Source: an uncultured bacterium (lineage in GTDB: Bacteria; Acidobacteriota; HRBIN11; JAKEFK01). Taken from it: a stretch of DNA of 64,000 nt. The translations under genes and the position numbers were made by a program. Below, one piece after another: positions 36,378 to 47,306 of the stretch. How positions within the stretch are numbered: the first letter of the stretch is position 1; each line of letters starts with the position of its first letter. Location: the NCBI GenBank assembly GCA_963777505.1, contig CAVZQN010000006.1:423119-487118 (forward strand), read 5' to 3'. The notes under the pieces were generated by a model. The model was given only the letters and a program-made list of their open reading frames with translations. It did no database searches and was not told where the DNA came from.

Positions 36378-38150
36378 TCATTCTATTCGTACGGGCGATT
36401 CAATGAGTTCCGCATTTTTGCCATCTACAGGTTGAAAAATTGAAGGACTTAATTCGTCCGATTTGCGCCGCCGCCATTTTCGCGGGACTCTGTCGATCTT
36501 AATAGGATAGATCGTCAATGCGCCGTCTGCAGTTATATGAAGGCGTAAGAAGTTTTTATAGTCCTGAATTTTCAGCGCTGAAAATGCCTCTTCGTCATGA
36601 CGGCCGAAAATGTTCAGCGATATGAGTAGATACAATCCCATGATCAGTGAACCGACAACCCATCCCAGTGCAAATGTAAGCATCATGCTAATCGCGAATT
36701 GAACAATCGATTCTGAAAAAAGATATTGCGTCCCTGCTGTAACACCCCAGGTAATATAGAACATCGCTGCATAGTGAGCGGTGCAATGAGCAATTCCTCC
36801 AGCCCATTTATAGACACGTGAATGGGTATCCGTAAAAAAGACAAAGAGTAAAACCACAATCGCAACCCAGGCTGCGAGACTGGGATTATTTTTAAATGCA
36901 AGTACAGTGTATTGAATTGAATCAAACAATCCGTGGATCTTCTTATCTTCAGTGCTTGAAAGAATATTCCAGGCCGTAAAGAGGTAAATCAATCCAGTTG
37001 AAACACCAAACCAGGGATTAATAAAAAGAAAAAAGAGATTCCACCAACACAGTTTCCGCGAAGTAGCACTATTTGGATATTCCTCTTTCAGTTGAAATTT
37101 TCGCCTTTTTCCTTTTTCAAATTCTGCGCGTTCTGTAATTAAAGAGACGTCGAATCCATGAGTTGCATGCAAGAAAGCTCCGCCGCCACCGGCAGTGATT
37201 TTCTGGGTGCCGGAGTACTTATTTTCCCACTGTACTTCTTCATGTCTGCGGTAGTGATGCAAATCACCTGCAAGAAATAGTTTTATCTGAATATTTTTGT
37301 TCGAAAGAATTTTTTCTTGAAGAAACAAGAAGTCGCTTTCGTCATAGATATGTCCAAACTGCGCATACTTGTGAGCTTTTATCCACACAGGTTCAGCAAT
37401 ACATAAAATTACGCGGTCTCCGGGCTGCATATACTTTTCGGCTACAAAGCGGAAGTACTCGATTTGAGGGGTATCCATATCGGATTGTAATTGACCGTCT
37501 GACCCAAGCAGCCACCATCCGGCAGGCAGCTTCAGCGCGAAGTAGCTTCGTTTTTGTCGTGTCCACCATCCCGCAAATTTCCGTGTACTCAGATCGGAGC
37601 AGAACAACCGGATAAAAGCTTCCAAACTGTCATACCAGTCGTGGTTGCCCGGGATCGCAAACACATGCGGGGTTTCACCAGAAATATTTGTCCCGATGGC
37701 GTTTTCATAAGGATAGATAAGCCGCTTTTTATAATTATCTTTTGTAGGTATGGGATAAACTTCATCTCCGCCAAAAACCAAAACTGTTCCGCGATTCGTT
37801 TCGTATACTTCCTTTGTGGACTCGTGTTTCAGAGGAAGCGACGGCTGAGATGCAGAATATGCCACCGCATAGGTTGAATTCCAACCTTCTCCAGTATCAG
37901 CAACATAATCAAGCCAGATTTCCTTTCGTGGATTTTTCAAATCAATGACAGGCTCTTTTTCGGAATCAGTGTAGTGAAATGTGTAATCGTAATACTCTTT
38001 TCTTTGTGAAGAGAGAGCCTGAATCAACCTTCGATCTGAATGTTTACCGATAGTAGATGACAAGAGTGTTTGAATACCGGTGTGAAGAAGACGTCCCAAA
38101 TCATACCAGCCAACCATGGGCGCGCGCTTAAGTCTGTCTTCAAAATTCAT
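36378..38150 (-). CDS. Calcineurin-like metallophosphoesterase with C-terminal TM helices
   Basis: 'DYVADTGEG', 'GGDEVYP', 'PGNHDWYD', 'AGDLHHY', 'AGGGGAFLH'. Confidence 0.88.
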   Translation of the reverse strand: MNFEDRLKRAPMVGWYDLGRLLHTGIQTLLSSTIGKHSDRRLIQALSSQRKEYYDYTFHYTDSEKEPVIDLKNPRKEIWLDYVADTGEGWNSTYAVAYSASQPSLPLKHESTKEVYETNRGTVLVFGGDEVYPIPTKDNYKKRLIYPYENAIGTNISGETPHVFAIPGNHDWYDSLEAFIRLFCSDLSTRKFAGWWTRQKRSYFALKLPAGWWLLGSDGQLQSDMDTPQIEYFRFVAEKYMQPGDRVILCIAEPVWIKAHKYAQFGHIYDESDFLFLQEKILSNKNIQIKLFLAGDLHHYRRHEEVQWENKYSGTQKITAGGGGAFLHATHGFDVSLITERAEFEKGKRRKFQLKEEYPNSATSRKLCWWNLFFLFINPWFGVSTGLIYLFTAWNILSSTEDKKIHGLFDSIQYTVLAFKNNPSLAAWVAIVVLLFVFFTDTHSRVYKWAGGIAHCTAHYAAMFYITWGVTAGTQYLFSESIVQFAISMMLTFALGWVVGSLIMGLYLLISLNIFGRHDEEAFSALKIQDYKNFLRLHITADGALTIYPIKIDRVPRKWRRRKSDELSPSIFQPVDGKNAELIESPVRIE

Positions 38151-38235
38151 CTTGATTACTTGACTGATTTTAGCACTTGGAAAAGAATTACCGCAGAGAC
38201 GCTGATCCTTCGCGATCTCTGCGGTATGTCTTCGA

Positions 38236-39304
38236 CTATCTATCAAAAAGAGTTGCACCTCCAGAAACGAAAAGTCCGAATAAAAACAGTTCTTCTGGAG
38301 TGTTGGGTAAATCCGACCCGATCACAGTTGGCGGGGAATCTTTCTTTCCAGTCACGGTATTCATATGATAAGCGAGGATGTTAGTACCATCGTTTGAAGA
38401 TCGTAATAAAAACACATGTCCGCCGTTCGGAGACGTTTCTGAAGGCGTGGACGTTATCCCACCAAAAAAACCAAGCTGTCCCAGGTTTTGATTTACTGGT
38501 GGAAGATGGATGAGAGAATTTCCAATTGGCCTGCAGGTTGGTCCGTCAATCCGAAAATTCTCAATCGAGATTTTTTCGGGATTATTTTTTCGTTTCATCA
38601 AAACGAAATTAAAATCATCGTTGTTAGAAGTTGGAAGTATGGTTGAGCTTAATAACGTCGTCTACAAAAGAGGCGACAACCGTGGGAGTTGGATTGTTAA
38701 CATTCCCACAGACAAAATTGTATCTGCTGCCGTCGTATCTGAGGCCGGCATAATTCTCTCCGTCAAAATCTGTATCGATCTGGAGACCAGTTCCAGGGAC
38801 CGTGAAGACTGTGTCTGCTGGCCCAAAAAGATTTCCAGTTACCGAATTTCTATTCATACGTACAAGGTTTCTTCCTTTAAGAAAAGTGATTTTCGTTGAA
38901 GGAGAACCTGGAGCAATAGCCGGCAGATGATTGAAGTTGTAATGAGCAGTAAGATTTGGCGGCAGCGTTTTTATAGGTCCTACCTGGTTAAGATCTGAAT
39001 CCACTATCATGCTTTTAATTTTAATTATTGAGTTGGTGCTGATTCCTTGAGTTGCAGGACCGGCTGTCCAGACAACCTGAGCACGCCCATTAGGTAGAGG
39101 CGCCATTGCAGTAAGTCCTCCTTGAACGGGCAGATTAAAAACTGCGCTATCTACCACTTTGTATTTTTTATTTGCATACTCAATATTTAGCAAAATGAGT
39201 TTTTTGTTAGTCGAAAGCGCGGAAAGAATTATGTTCTCTTGTGCAATGCAAAGAGAACTTGAAAGAAGAACCAGAGCTGTAACAAAAAGACTTGCGATTT
39301 TCAT
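38236..39304 (-). CDS. Hypothetical secreted beta-rich protein (split by indel near 38655)
   Basis: Signal peptide MKIASLF...; the downstream frame stays open upstream of 38601 (LSSTILPTSNNDDFNFVLMKRK), so the two ORFs probably form one gene. Confidence 0.55.
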
Positions 39305-39407
39305 AAACCCTCCGAAAAACCTTGAATTCACGAACCCCTTAGGTCCGCTACTCATACATGCGCCAGTTGCGTAAAAAACACGCCAGAGGGTTTGTATGAG
39401 GGATGAA

Positions 39408-39833
39408 TTAACTTTTCTTTCTGCCGTCTACGGAAAACTTTCCTGGTCCATCAAGGAAAATCAGCAAACCTGCAAATAACATCGTAAGAGCTGGAAACAT
39501 TCCGACGAATGTATCTCCCCGGTGAGCGATCATCAGTGCTGCAATGAAATTCACAACGAGCAGAAATCCGGTGAGCCGGCTAGCAGCTCCCAGGAGATAC
39601 AGGACTCCACATAAGAATTGAACATAAACCGAGAGAATCGCTCCGAGCAGTGGAAATGGAACACCACGCGCGGCGAGAAAATGTTCAAATTCAACCATAT
39701 GTTTCCAGCTAAGGATGTTGTCTTGAACACCATAAATGAGACGTGCCGATATCAACAACCGGAAGAAGAACATGCCATATCCAGTGAATCGGCTTGATCG
39801 ATCAAATGCAAAGAATTTCATTAGTGTTGCCAT
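39408..39833 (-). CDS. DoxX family membrane protein
   Basis: Four TMs; 'G..FP...A.LS..VQF..G', 'GPGKFSVD'. Confidence 0.85.
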   Translation of the reverse strand: MATLMKFFAFDRSSRFTGYGMFFFRLLISARLIYGVQDNILSWKHMVEFEHFLAARGVPFPLLGAILSVYVQFLCGVLYLLGAASRLTGFLLVVNFIAALMIAHRGDTFVGMFPALTMLFAGLLIFLDGPGKFSVDGRKKS

Positions 39834-39905
39834 GCTTTTTATCTTGCCACATTTGACCGGGATAAACATCTTGCTTTCCAGTTGTCGTTTTCATATAATC
39901 CAATA

Positions 39906-39923
39906 TGCAACCATTTAGTTGCA
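39906..39923. promoter_or_regulatory. Palindromic operator TGCAAC-N6-GTTGCA (probable ArsR autoregulatory site)
   Basis: Perfect 6-bp inverted repeat just upstream of the SRPBCC-ArsR operon and divergent from DoxX. Confidence 0.7.
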
Positions 39924-39940
39924 CATTGGAGAATAAAAAT

Positions 39941-40360
39941 ATGGCACCTTTAACTGTTGAACGCAGCATCTGGATCGCGGCATCACGCGAGCGAATTTGG
40001 TCCGCAATTACTGAACCTTCACAACTTTCAGTTTGGTTTGCGCCGGGCGCAAAGTGGGAAATCCCCGCTTTAAAAATTGGAGGAATCGTAAAGTTTTACA
40101 ATACAGAAACTGATATTGCCGTACATACAATCGAAGTCCTGGATCCACCGCAGGAGTTCGGCCTTAGCTGGGAAGAGGAAGGCAGGCCGATGCGAACAAC
40201 GTTCAGATTGGATGAAGAAAAGAATGGCACACGCGTAACAATCACCGAAACCGGATTCGAACAGCTTGCACCAGAAGTCCGTCAAAAACGTTTTGATGAA
40301 ACAAGCAAAGGATATGGAATCTCATTGGAAAACTTAAAAGCTCATATTGAGGGCCGATGA
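39941..40360 (+). CDS. SRPBCC/AHSA1 domain protein
   Basis: 'VERSIWIAASRERIWSAITEP..L..WF', 'GTRVTITETGF'. Confidence 0.88.
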   Translation: MAPLTVERSIWIAASRERIWSAITEPSQLSVWFAPGAKWEIPALKIGGIVKFYNTETDIAVHTIEVLDPPQEFGLSWEEEGRPMRTTFRLDEEKNGTRVTITETGFEQLAPEVRQKRFDETSKGYGISLENLKAHIEGR

Positions 40361-40674
40361 CTGACACACATGTGTTCTCAGCGCTTGCTGATCCGACACG
40401 CCGGAAATTGCTTCTACATCTTGCGGATCACAGCCCCAAAACAGCGACTCAATTTGCAAAACAATTTCCAATTACACGCCAGGGAATTCTGAAACATCTT
40501 GAAATTCTGGAAAATGCCGGATTAGTTGTTGTTCATCAAAAGGGACGTGAAAAGCGATACACCCTCACTCCAGAACCGCTCAGCGAAGCCGATCGCTGGA
40601 TAAAACGCATCAATTCCAAATGGGAGAAACGTTTGGAGCGTTTGAAAGCGTTCATTGAAAGCGAAAAGGATTGA
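40357..40674 (+). CDS. ArsR/SmtB family transcriptional regulator
   Basis: 'FSALADPTRR', 'ITRQGILKHLEILENAGLV', 'GRE'. ATGA overlap with the SRPBCC gene. Confidence 0.92.
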   Translation: MTDTHVFSALADPTRRKLLLHLADHSPKTATQFAKQFPITRQGILKHLEILENAGLVVVHQKGREKRYTLTPEPLSEADRWIKRINSKWEKRLERLKAFIESEKD

Positions 40675-40700
40675 GTCAGGCGTATACAAGAATAAGGCCG

Positions 40701-42708
40701 CTACGGCCATTCGTAAATCAGATAACTGCTGTTATCGGCAACATGAATTCGTCCACGATTGTCGACTGCTACGGCTTTTGCATATCCCGGGGTAGGAAGC
40801 GTTGCAATGATCTCGGGACGTGTAGGATTCAGCAAATTGAGAACAGTTATTCCATCGAGTCCATCAGCAATGAACGCAAGATTTTCACGAAAGGCGATCT
40901 CTTCTGCATAACCTGTGGCGTGCTTTCGTGTAAAACCGGAAAACAATACTTCCGGTTTTGATATTGTTCGAACATCTACAATCGCAAGTTGTCCTTCGCC
41001 TACTGGAAGAATGCCAAGTCCTGTCCCCGCGAACAACATATATAGATAACCGTTCTTCATCGCAATCCCGGTGAGAACCGTTCCGAACGAAATCGTTTTT
41101 CTTGTAATAAGCCTGGGAGACTGAGGATTCCTGATATCAATTATGTGTAGATCTAGTGAAATCCGTTCTGCATTATTGTCACTTTTGTAGTGCAGAGTTC
41201 CAACAAAAGCAGTTCCTGCATTCACTCTTACTATTCCTGCACCAAGAGTTGCAGCAATCGGATAAAATCCGATTTGCCTTGGTTGATTCAGATTTGAGCC
41301 ATCTAATATTCTCAATCCTGTTCGGCTGGCCACATAAAAGTTGGTTCCTTCGGAATCAAATGAATCTGGAGCGAGATATTCAGGAATTCCTGGAAGCGCA
41401 AATTTGCCTGACAATCTGAGGTTTTGTGGATTACTGATGTCAACGATATTTAGAATTGTTCTGCCTGACTTATCGAGTGAAGTAACTTGCGCTTTGGTGC
41501 CGGTTATTTTGATTGATCCGGCTTGACCCGAAAGCGCGAGTCGTCCTGTAATTTGCAGTTGGTTCCCGGTCATTCGACCGGAGATCAATTCATTCGAGGC
41601 AGTTAAAAATACATTGCCATTTTCGGTTAAAACATCAGTCGGAGTTGATACGATATGCTCACTAATTTTTGTTAAATTGCCTTCTTCAACTCGAAAAATT
41701 CCAACTCCAAAACCAGTTGTTGGAAATATCCCCAGGAATGCTTCATCCGTTGCAGGGTCAGTAATCCATTCCGGCGACTGTTGCATTCAAAGGGGATTGA
41801 CTGATCTTAGTTGGCGAACTGCTATTCGAAATATCAAACACCGCTAGATCACGTTGTTCAAAGTCGGCGAAATTTACAAACAACAAATCGTTCTCAGCGT
41901 ACACCGACTCGATCCCAAAAAATGCTTCTCCTTCCATGCTTGTAACCGGGACAAGATACTCAGGCCTTTGTGCATCAAATACAAGAAGCCCAAGTGTCGG
42001 AACTGAAACATAAACTGCAGAATTGGATGCGGTTATGTATCCTGCTGGTCTTGAAAAACCACTTAACCGTGGAAAATAATACGTAACGATTTTTTTTGGC
42101 TGGCGGATATTTGAAATATCAACAGCATCGAGTCCGCCATCATCCAGATTCGACCACGCTGCAAAAAGAGTTCCCTCTTGAAGTGCGAGCCCGCGAACAC
42201 CTCCCTCAGGAGTTGTAATTGTAATTTGCGAAATTCTTTTCAAACGAGCCGGATTGGATATATCAAGAAAATCAATCCTTTCACCATTTCCAACGATTAA
42301 TGTGTGTTCGTGAATCAACAGGTCGGTCGCCTGGTTATCTTCAAGATCGATATATCTTGAAACAATTTTCGGCTGAGCAGGATTACTCACATCAACTACC
42401 GTGATATTGGATTGCTCAAGGAATATGTATCCAGACAGAACAAACACGTGAGAACCGGAAACTTCTATATCAACATTTCCGCTGTCGCTCACAATTAGTT
42501 GAGAAAGAATTTGAGGGTTTGTCCGATTACTAACATCGTAGATACGGAGCCCTCCTTCGGTTGCGCAATACAAAATATCATCTACAAGCCGAGCCGCTTT
42601 GAATCCGCTCAGAAAATTCACGGCAGTGAGTTCCGAAGAAGCTCCGGAAACAATCTGTACGATGACCAAACCAATTAACAAAAGTAAAATTGCTACGAGG
42701 CGCTTCAT
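40701..42708 (-). CDS. LVIVD-repeat secreted beta-propeller protein (split by +1 indel near 41760)
   Basis: Many 'GL.I.DVSNP..P' units across both ORFs. Removing one T gives MDYDPATDE. Confidence 0.85.
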
Positions 42709-42717
42709 AGTAACTCC

Positions 42718-44678
42718 TTATTTGATTGTGAAGCTGACACTGCGTGCGGGTCCTAAGCGAGTCGTTCCACCCAGTCTTGACCGCAAATTAATTCTGTATG
42801 CTCCTTTTCAGGAACACCGGTGAGAATTAAAAGTTGCAGAGCTCCTTTGAGTCCACCATGACGTCCCTGCACGACTTCATCTGCAAGCATGACGACAAGG
42901 AATTGATTGGATGGTGGCCCATTTATTTGGAACCTTTCAGGAATCAAGTTGTAACCAGGCGTCACATGTTGTGCTTGATAATCCGATAAGACTGCAATCG
43001 TATCCCCTTGCTGAAATGTTTCTGTCAACCGAATGTTTCCCGAATCTAAATCGTATAGACCCGTTCGTAATGCAGTAACATTCAAACTTCCTGTCTGGCC
43101 GGGATCATCTCCGCTTATTCCATGTTGCGAAAAAGAATCTTCGATTGCTTGTTGATTGCGGGCTTGATTGAGGATCGAATCAGTGACAAGCATTGAATCG
43201 CGCAGATCGAAAAAGGTCATCTCTTTAGGAAGTATTGGAAGAGCATTAAAGAGAATCTGCTGCGCGGTATCCGGTCCAATACTTTTTTGCAAATCCCACA
43301 ATGAACCTCCGGCAATCAGTCCTGTGTGATGAAGTTCTGATCTTTTAATAACGGGATGGATAACATCCTGCGGGAATCTATTTTCATTTTCTAAATCACG
43401 GCCAACAAATCTTTGTGTTTCTTTAACGCGAAGTCCGAATTCGCCGATCTTTGAATTTCCCGTTATCGCCGCGGCTGAAATATCGGAGAAGGCTTCGTGA
43501 AAGGAGCGAGGATAGTTACTTTCGAATGATTCTAAAAATTGCGGACGAGACAGATCGAGAACGCCATGACCGTACTCGTGATAGTAAATATCTGCATCCA
43601 ATCCGAGATTTTCCAATTCATTCCCCGAACCAAAAACGTAGATTCCTGTATTGGGAAATTGTGCAATCCGCGAATAAAAAGCATTATCAAAGCCATTGCC
43701 ACCATCTTGCTCCGTAACATTCACGATTACCGGAGCTTTGCTATTCAGGACAGTCATGCCGAACTGTTTCCAACGGTCATGGACGCGATTGATATGGAAA
43801 TAAGCCATCGCTTCCGATAACCGAAGATCGTTTTCGCGAAAGTTGTACTTTGAGTTTGAGTTTCTGGCTGTTGTGAATTCGGAAAAACGGAATTCATTTA
43901 CATCATATTCATCATTTGCGTTATATGTCTGGAGGAATTTGCCGTTTAACTTTTCGCCATGCAAATACAAAAATTGTTGGATTGAACGATCGGGTGAAAC
44001 GATTGGATTTTCTATGTACACATTACCTTCTCCAGTTAAAAAGGCATGCGTCTTTAAAACTCTAAGAATCACGTTTGGATGAACTGCATCTATATATAGA
44101 AGCAACGAACCTTTTGTAAGCCTTCCTGAATCAACCTGAAATTTCCATGCTGGTTTCGCTTCGCCGGCCAAAGGTAAAATGACCAGCTCACCAGTGGAAG
44201 CACTGACGTTATTTCCAAGAAAACGCAGAACAGAAGAATGAGCGGCTGCGGCTGAATGAATCGAGCCGGTTGTGTTTTTCAACTTCGGATGAAAAGAATT
44301 GTGGACCGCAATCATCTGATTTGTGTGATTCATGTGTAAAGCGACCACTCCATTCTCAACAGGTAATTCACCGAAATATTGTTGATAGAGAAAATGCGTT
44401 CCTAGATCGGAATTCTGTCTTTGCCTTAAACGCAAATCGGTGAGTCTGTCAATTCCAAGGAGACGATGATGCCTTTGCAAAAATTGCAAAGCTGCGGCCT
44501 CAGCGTCCGTTTGCGTTTGGGCGGAGATTCCATATATAGATGACAGCGTATTTCGATCCGTGAAGCGGGGTTTCCAGGAATTACCTTCCCATTGAATAAA
44601 TTCGTTCCAGTCATTTGAGGTTTGAACTGTTTGCTGGATCGTAAGCAGGACTACAATAAATAAAACAATCCTTTTCAT
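42718..44678 (-). CDS. Secreted M4/M36-type (thermolysin-like) metallopeptidase with FTP propeptide (probable -1 indel near 42806)
   Basis: FTP 'GTHFLYQQYFGELPV', 'DNAFY', HEYGH, 'HEAFSD', 'ELH..G.I..G.LW'. Adding one A in the A-run gives the C-terminus GAYRINLRSRLGG...SFTIK* abutting the next gene's SD. Confidence 0.82.
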
Positions 44679-44691
44679 GATGTTCAGAGCG

Positions 44692-44707
44692 AGCAAGCGC
44701 CATGCCA
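44692..44707 (-). promoter_or_regulatory. sigma54 promoter TGGCATGGCGCTTGCT
   Basis: GG-N10-GC spacing just upstream of the peptidase ATG; inverted TCAGGGAACT/AGTTCCCTGA (44766-44775/44841-44850) further upstream. Confidence 0.6.
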
Positions 44708-45065
44708 GAAAAGGATTTCTCAGAATCGCCAGTTTAATGAGCAGCTGTCGTCGATAGCGGTCCGATCAGGGAACTTACCCGTTTTCGAAAATTCGTTCCC
44801 TTATCAAAAATCTGCGACCTTAGAAGTCCGAAGTTCAAGGAGTTCCCTGACCGTTGGAAGTTTAGTCCCCGATTTGAGAACGCCAATCAATATAGAAATT
44901 TAAACGTCAAGTATTTTGTTTAAAAAAGTCCAACATTCGAATTCTGAAGAATGCTCGGCCCGTTTTTTTTCAACAATTCTTCTTACGATCTGTCATGCAT
45001 CGCGACTTGTATCAGAAATACTGCTGCATATATTCCACGGTAGTAGTGCGATACGGAGGACCACA

Positions 45066-45635
45066 ATGAAGAAGAAAATATTTTTCTGTTTCGTGACAGT
45101 TTTGACCGTTCTGTTTTCAATGAGCCTTTACGCTGATGGATACCAGAACTGCCAAAATTCAATTCGCGACCAGGTTTATCAAAACAATCCCAAAGCTCAA
45201 AAAGTAGAATTTGAAGTGATGACAGAAAGTGCTCAGGAGAGACTCGGAGATCAAAGTAAGTACAGAGGGAATGGACGTTTCCTGAGACAGTCTGGTGAAT
45301 TGGAACAATTTAATTGGGAGTGCACATACAATGAAAGGAACAGCACCGTCATTGAGGCGCATTATTCAGTTCTTGAGACAGGTAGTTCGGCTGCTTCCGT
45401 GAATTGGACAGATGAATGTCATGCTTCAATTCGCGACCGGATTCAAAACGAGAATGAAGGCGTAGGAAAGGTAGCTTTTTCGAACACTAAAGAGTCCCGC
45501 TTCTCAGATCATGAGCAATTGATAGAAGGACGCGGATCTGTTGTTCTCAAGGGCAAAGATCAGATCTTTAGCTATCAGTGTTTGAGAAACAATCGCACAA
45601 ACCAGATTACAGATAAAAAGTACGAGTTGAAATAA
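45066..45635 (+). CDS. Hypothetical secreted protein with two internal repeats
   Basis: GGAGG SD and signal peptide; two 'C..SIRD...KV.F...G.G...F.(W/Y).C..N.R' domains. Confidence 0.7.
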   Translation: MKKKIFFCFVTVLTVLFSMSLYADGYQNCQNSIRDQVYQNNPKAQKVEFEVMTESAQERLGDQSKYRGNGRFLRQSGELEQFNWECTYNERNSTVIEAHYSVLETGSSAASVNWTDECHASIRDRIQNENEGVGKVAFSNTKESRFSDHEQLIEGRGSVVLKGKDQIFSYQCLRNNRTNQITDKKYELK

Positions 45636-45645
45636 TGGTTCGAGT

Positions 45646-47169
45646 TCATTCAGTGACCCTTTCAACACAGTATGGTTGAATCCTTTCAGAAGAAGGCTGA
45701 ATCGGCGAAGATTCCCAAAATGAGGGCATATAGAGCAGGTGTGAAACAGTTCCACGACGTCGGGACCAAAATCTTGGTTCGAGCTCCATCCACGTAGTAT
45801 TGCGGCATTCAGTTCTGGAACCAAAAAGTTCAGTAGCGTGGTTCAAAGGCAAGATCCAGACACGCCGTTCCAATGCACGAGGCCATTTCTTTGTAACCTT
45901 TGGTGTGATATCTGCTCCATCGAGTCCTCCAGTATCTGGAACACCTACGACAGTTATTCCTTCGCTTTCCAGAACGTAAGGCTTCACTACTTCGCCGACC
46001 GACTCCATTCGGCTCTGCTCTCTCCATGTATCAAAAGCGCTATTACAAACTGTGCAAACTGCAATAAATATGAAAAGTGCTGCGACCCACGGCCGGAATC
46101 GTTGGTCGACAATATTCAAAGTACCTCGAACAGTCGCAATCGTTGCAAACGGAAGGATTGGAATAAAAAACCGTGTCTCATATAAATAACCACTCGCAGG
46201 GAACTCGTTGGCATAAACCACCGGCAAAAGACCAGCTACCGTAGCAAGAAGAAATCCCAGAAGTTTGCGCGGCTCAGCGGAATTTTCATCTGACTGGTGA
46301 AACCATTTTTTGATCAATATCGCCGCGAAGATTCCAGCGATAACTGAGACAATTGTTGAACGTGTGTCATTCTCAAGTCGAATTGCCGCTGCAGCAGATC
46401 CATAACTGCTGAGAAGGCTTGTCCATAAATTCACGATTAAATCGAATATTGCTTGAATCGGTTGGTTTAAAAATGTTTCTAGCTGTTTGGATGCAACTCG
46501 TGATTGATTGTTGAGACTAAAGTCGCCAATCCTTTGAAAGATGAAAAAACCAACAATTGTCCCAGCTAAGATTGCTATAGCCGGACGTAGACGTTTAAGC
46601 ACAAGCAGAAGAGTGATGGATGCTGCCGCAGTGGCGACTCCATATTCGCTCAACACAGCAGCAGCTAAAGAAAGAACACCTATGAGTACAAGTAGAATTG
46701 GCTTTTGCTGTGTCTTCTCCCGCAAAGACAAAAGCAAAACACCAAGACAGATTGAAACAGGAAGATTGCCCGGGATCAGAATTGTAATGGTTGAGAAATG
46801 TGTCTTGACAAAAATTGGACTCAGCACCATCAAAGCCGAAAGCACAGCTGAATATTGTGATTCAAAAAGGCGGGTCGAGAGCCTATATGTTTGCCATGCA
46901 AGTAATATCCAGAAGACAAGATTTAAAATGACATATGCCGTTTCATTTAGTGCGAAAGTATCAACGAACTGTTGTAACAGTAAACCGTAAATTGGACGAT
47001 TCGATTTGGCTTCCGCAATTTTGACCTGATCTTTTTCGTTCCCCAAAAGATACAAACAAGCATCATCAAATACAGGAAACCCTCGCAAGGTTCCAAACGC
47101 AATTGCGCAAAGCATCCCGGCGAAAATAAGTCCAGGGATTATTGGCCGGCGGATTCGGTCAAAATTCAT
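45646..47169 (-). CDS. Multi-pass membrane protein (GT-C-like)
   Basis: 'PVFDD', 'NRPIY', about 11 TMs, 'ETRFFIP'; periplasmic C-terminus. Confidence 0.6.
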   Translation of the reverse strand: MNFDRIRRPIIPGLIFAGMLCAIAFGTLRGFPVFDDACLYLLGNEKDQVKIAEAKSNRPIYGLLLQQFVDTFALNETAYVILNLVFWILLAWQTYRLSTRLFESQYSAVLSALMVLSPIFVKTHFSTITILIPGNLPVSICLGVLLLSLREKTQQKPILLVLIGVLSLAAAVLSEYGVATAAASITLLLVLKRLRPAIAILAGTIVGFFIFQRIGDFSLNNQSRVASKQLETFLNQPIQAIFDLIVNLWTSLLSSYGSAAAAIRLENDTRSTIVSVIAGIFAAILIKKWFHQSDENSAEPRKLLGFLLATVAGLLPVVYANEFPASGYLYETRFFIPILPFATIATVRGTLNIVDQRFRPWVAALFIFIAVCTVCNSAFDTWREQSRMESVGEVVKPYVLESEGITVVGVPDTGGLDGADITPKVTKKWPRALERRVWILPLNHATELFGSRTECRNTTWMELEPRFWSRRRGTVSHLLYMPSFWESSPIQPSSERIQPYCVERVTE

Positions 47170-47306
47170 CGCAAGAATTCTACCCCAAAGCGGACGAATC
47201 GAAGATTATTGATCCACCGTTTTACGCAGTATGATGGAAGCCTTTCATTCTTGTTCTGGACGAGAATTCTGGCGAAATAGATCGATCAGAGTAATCAGCA
47301 AAATGA

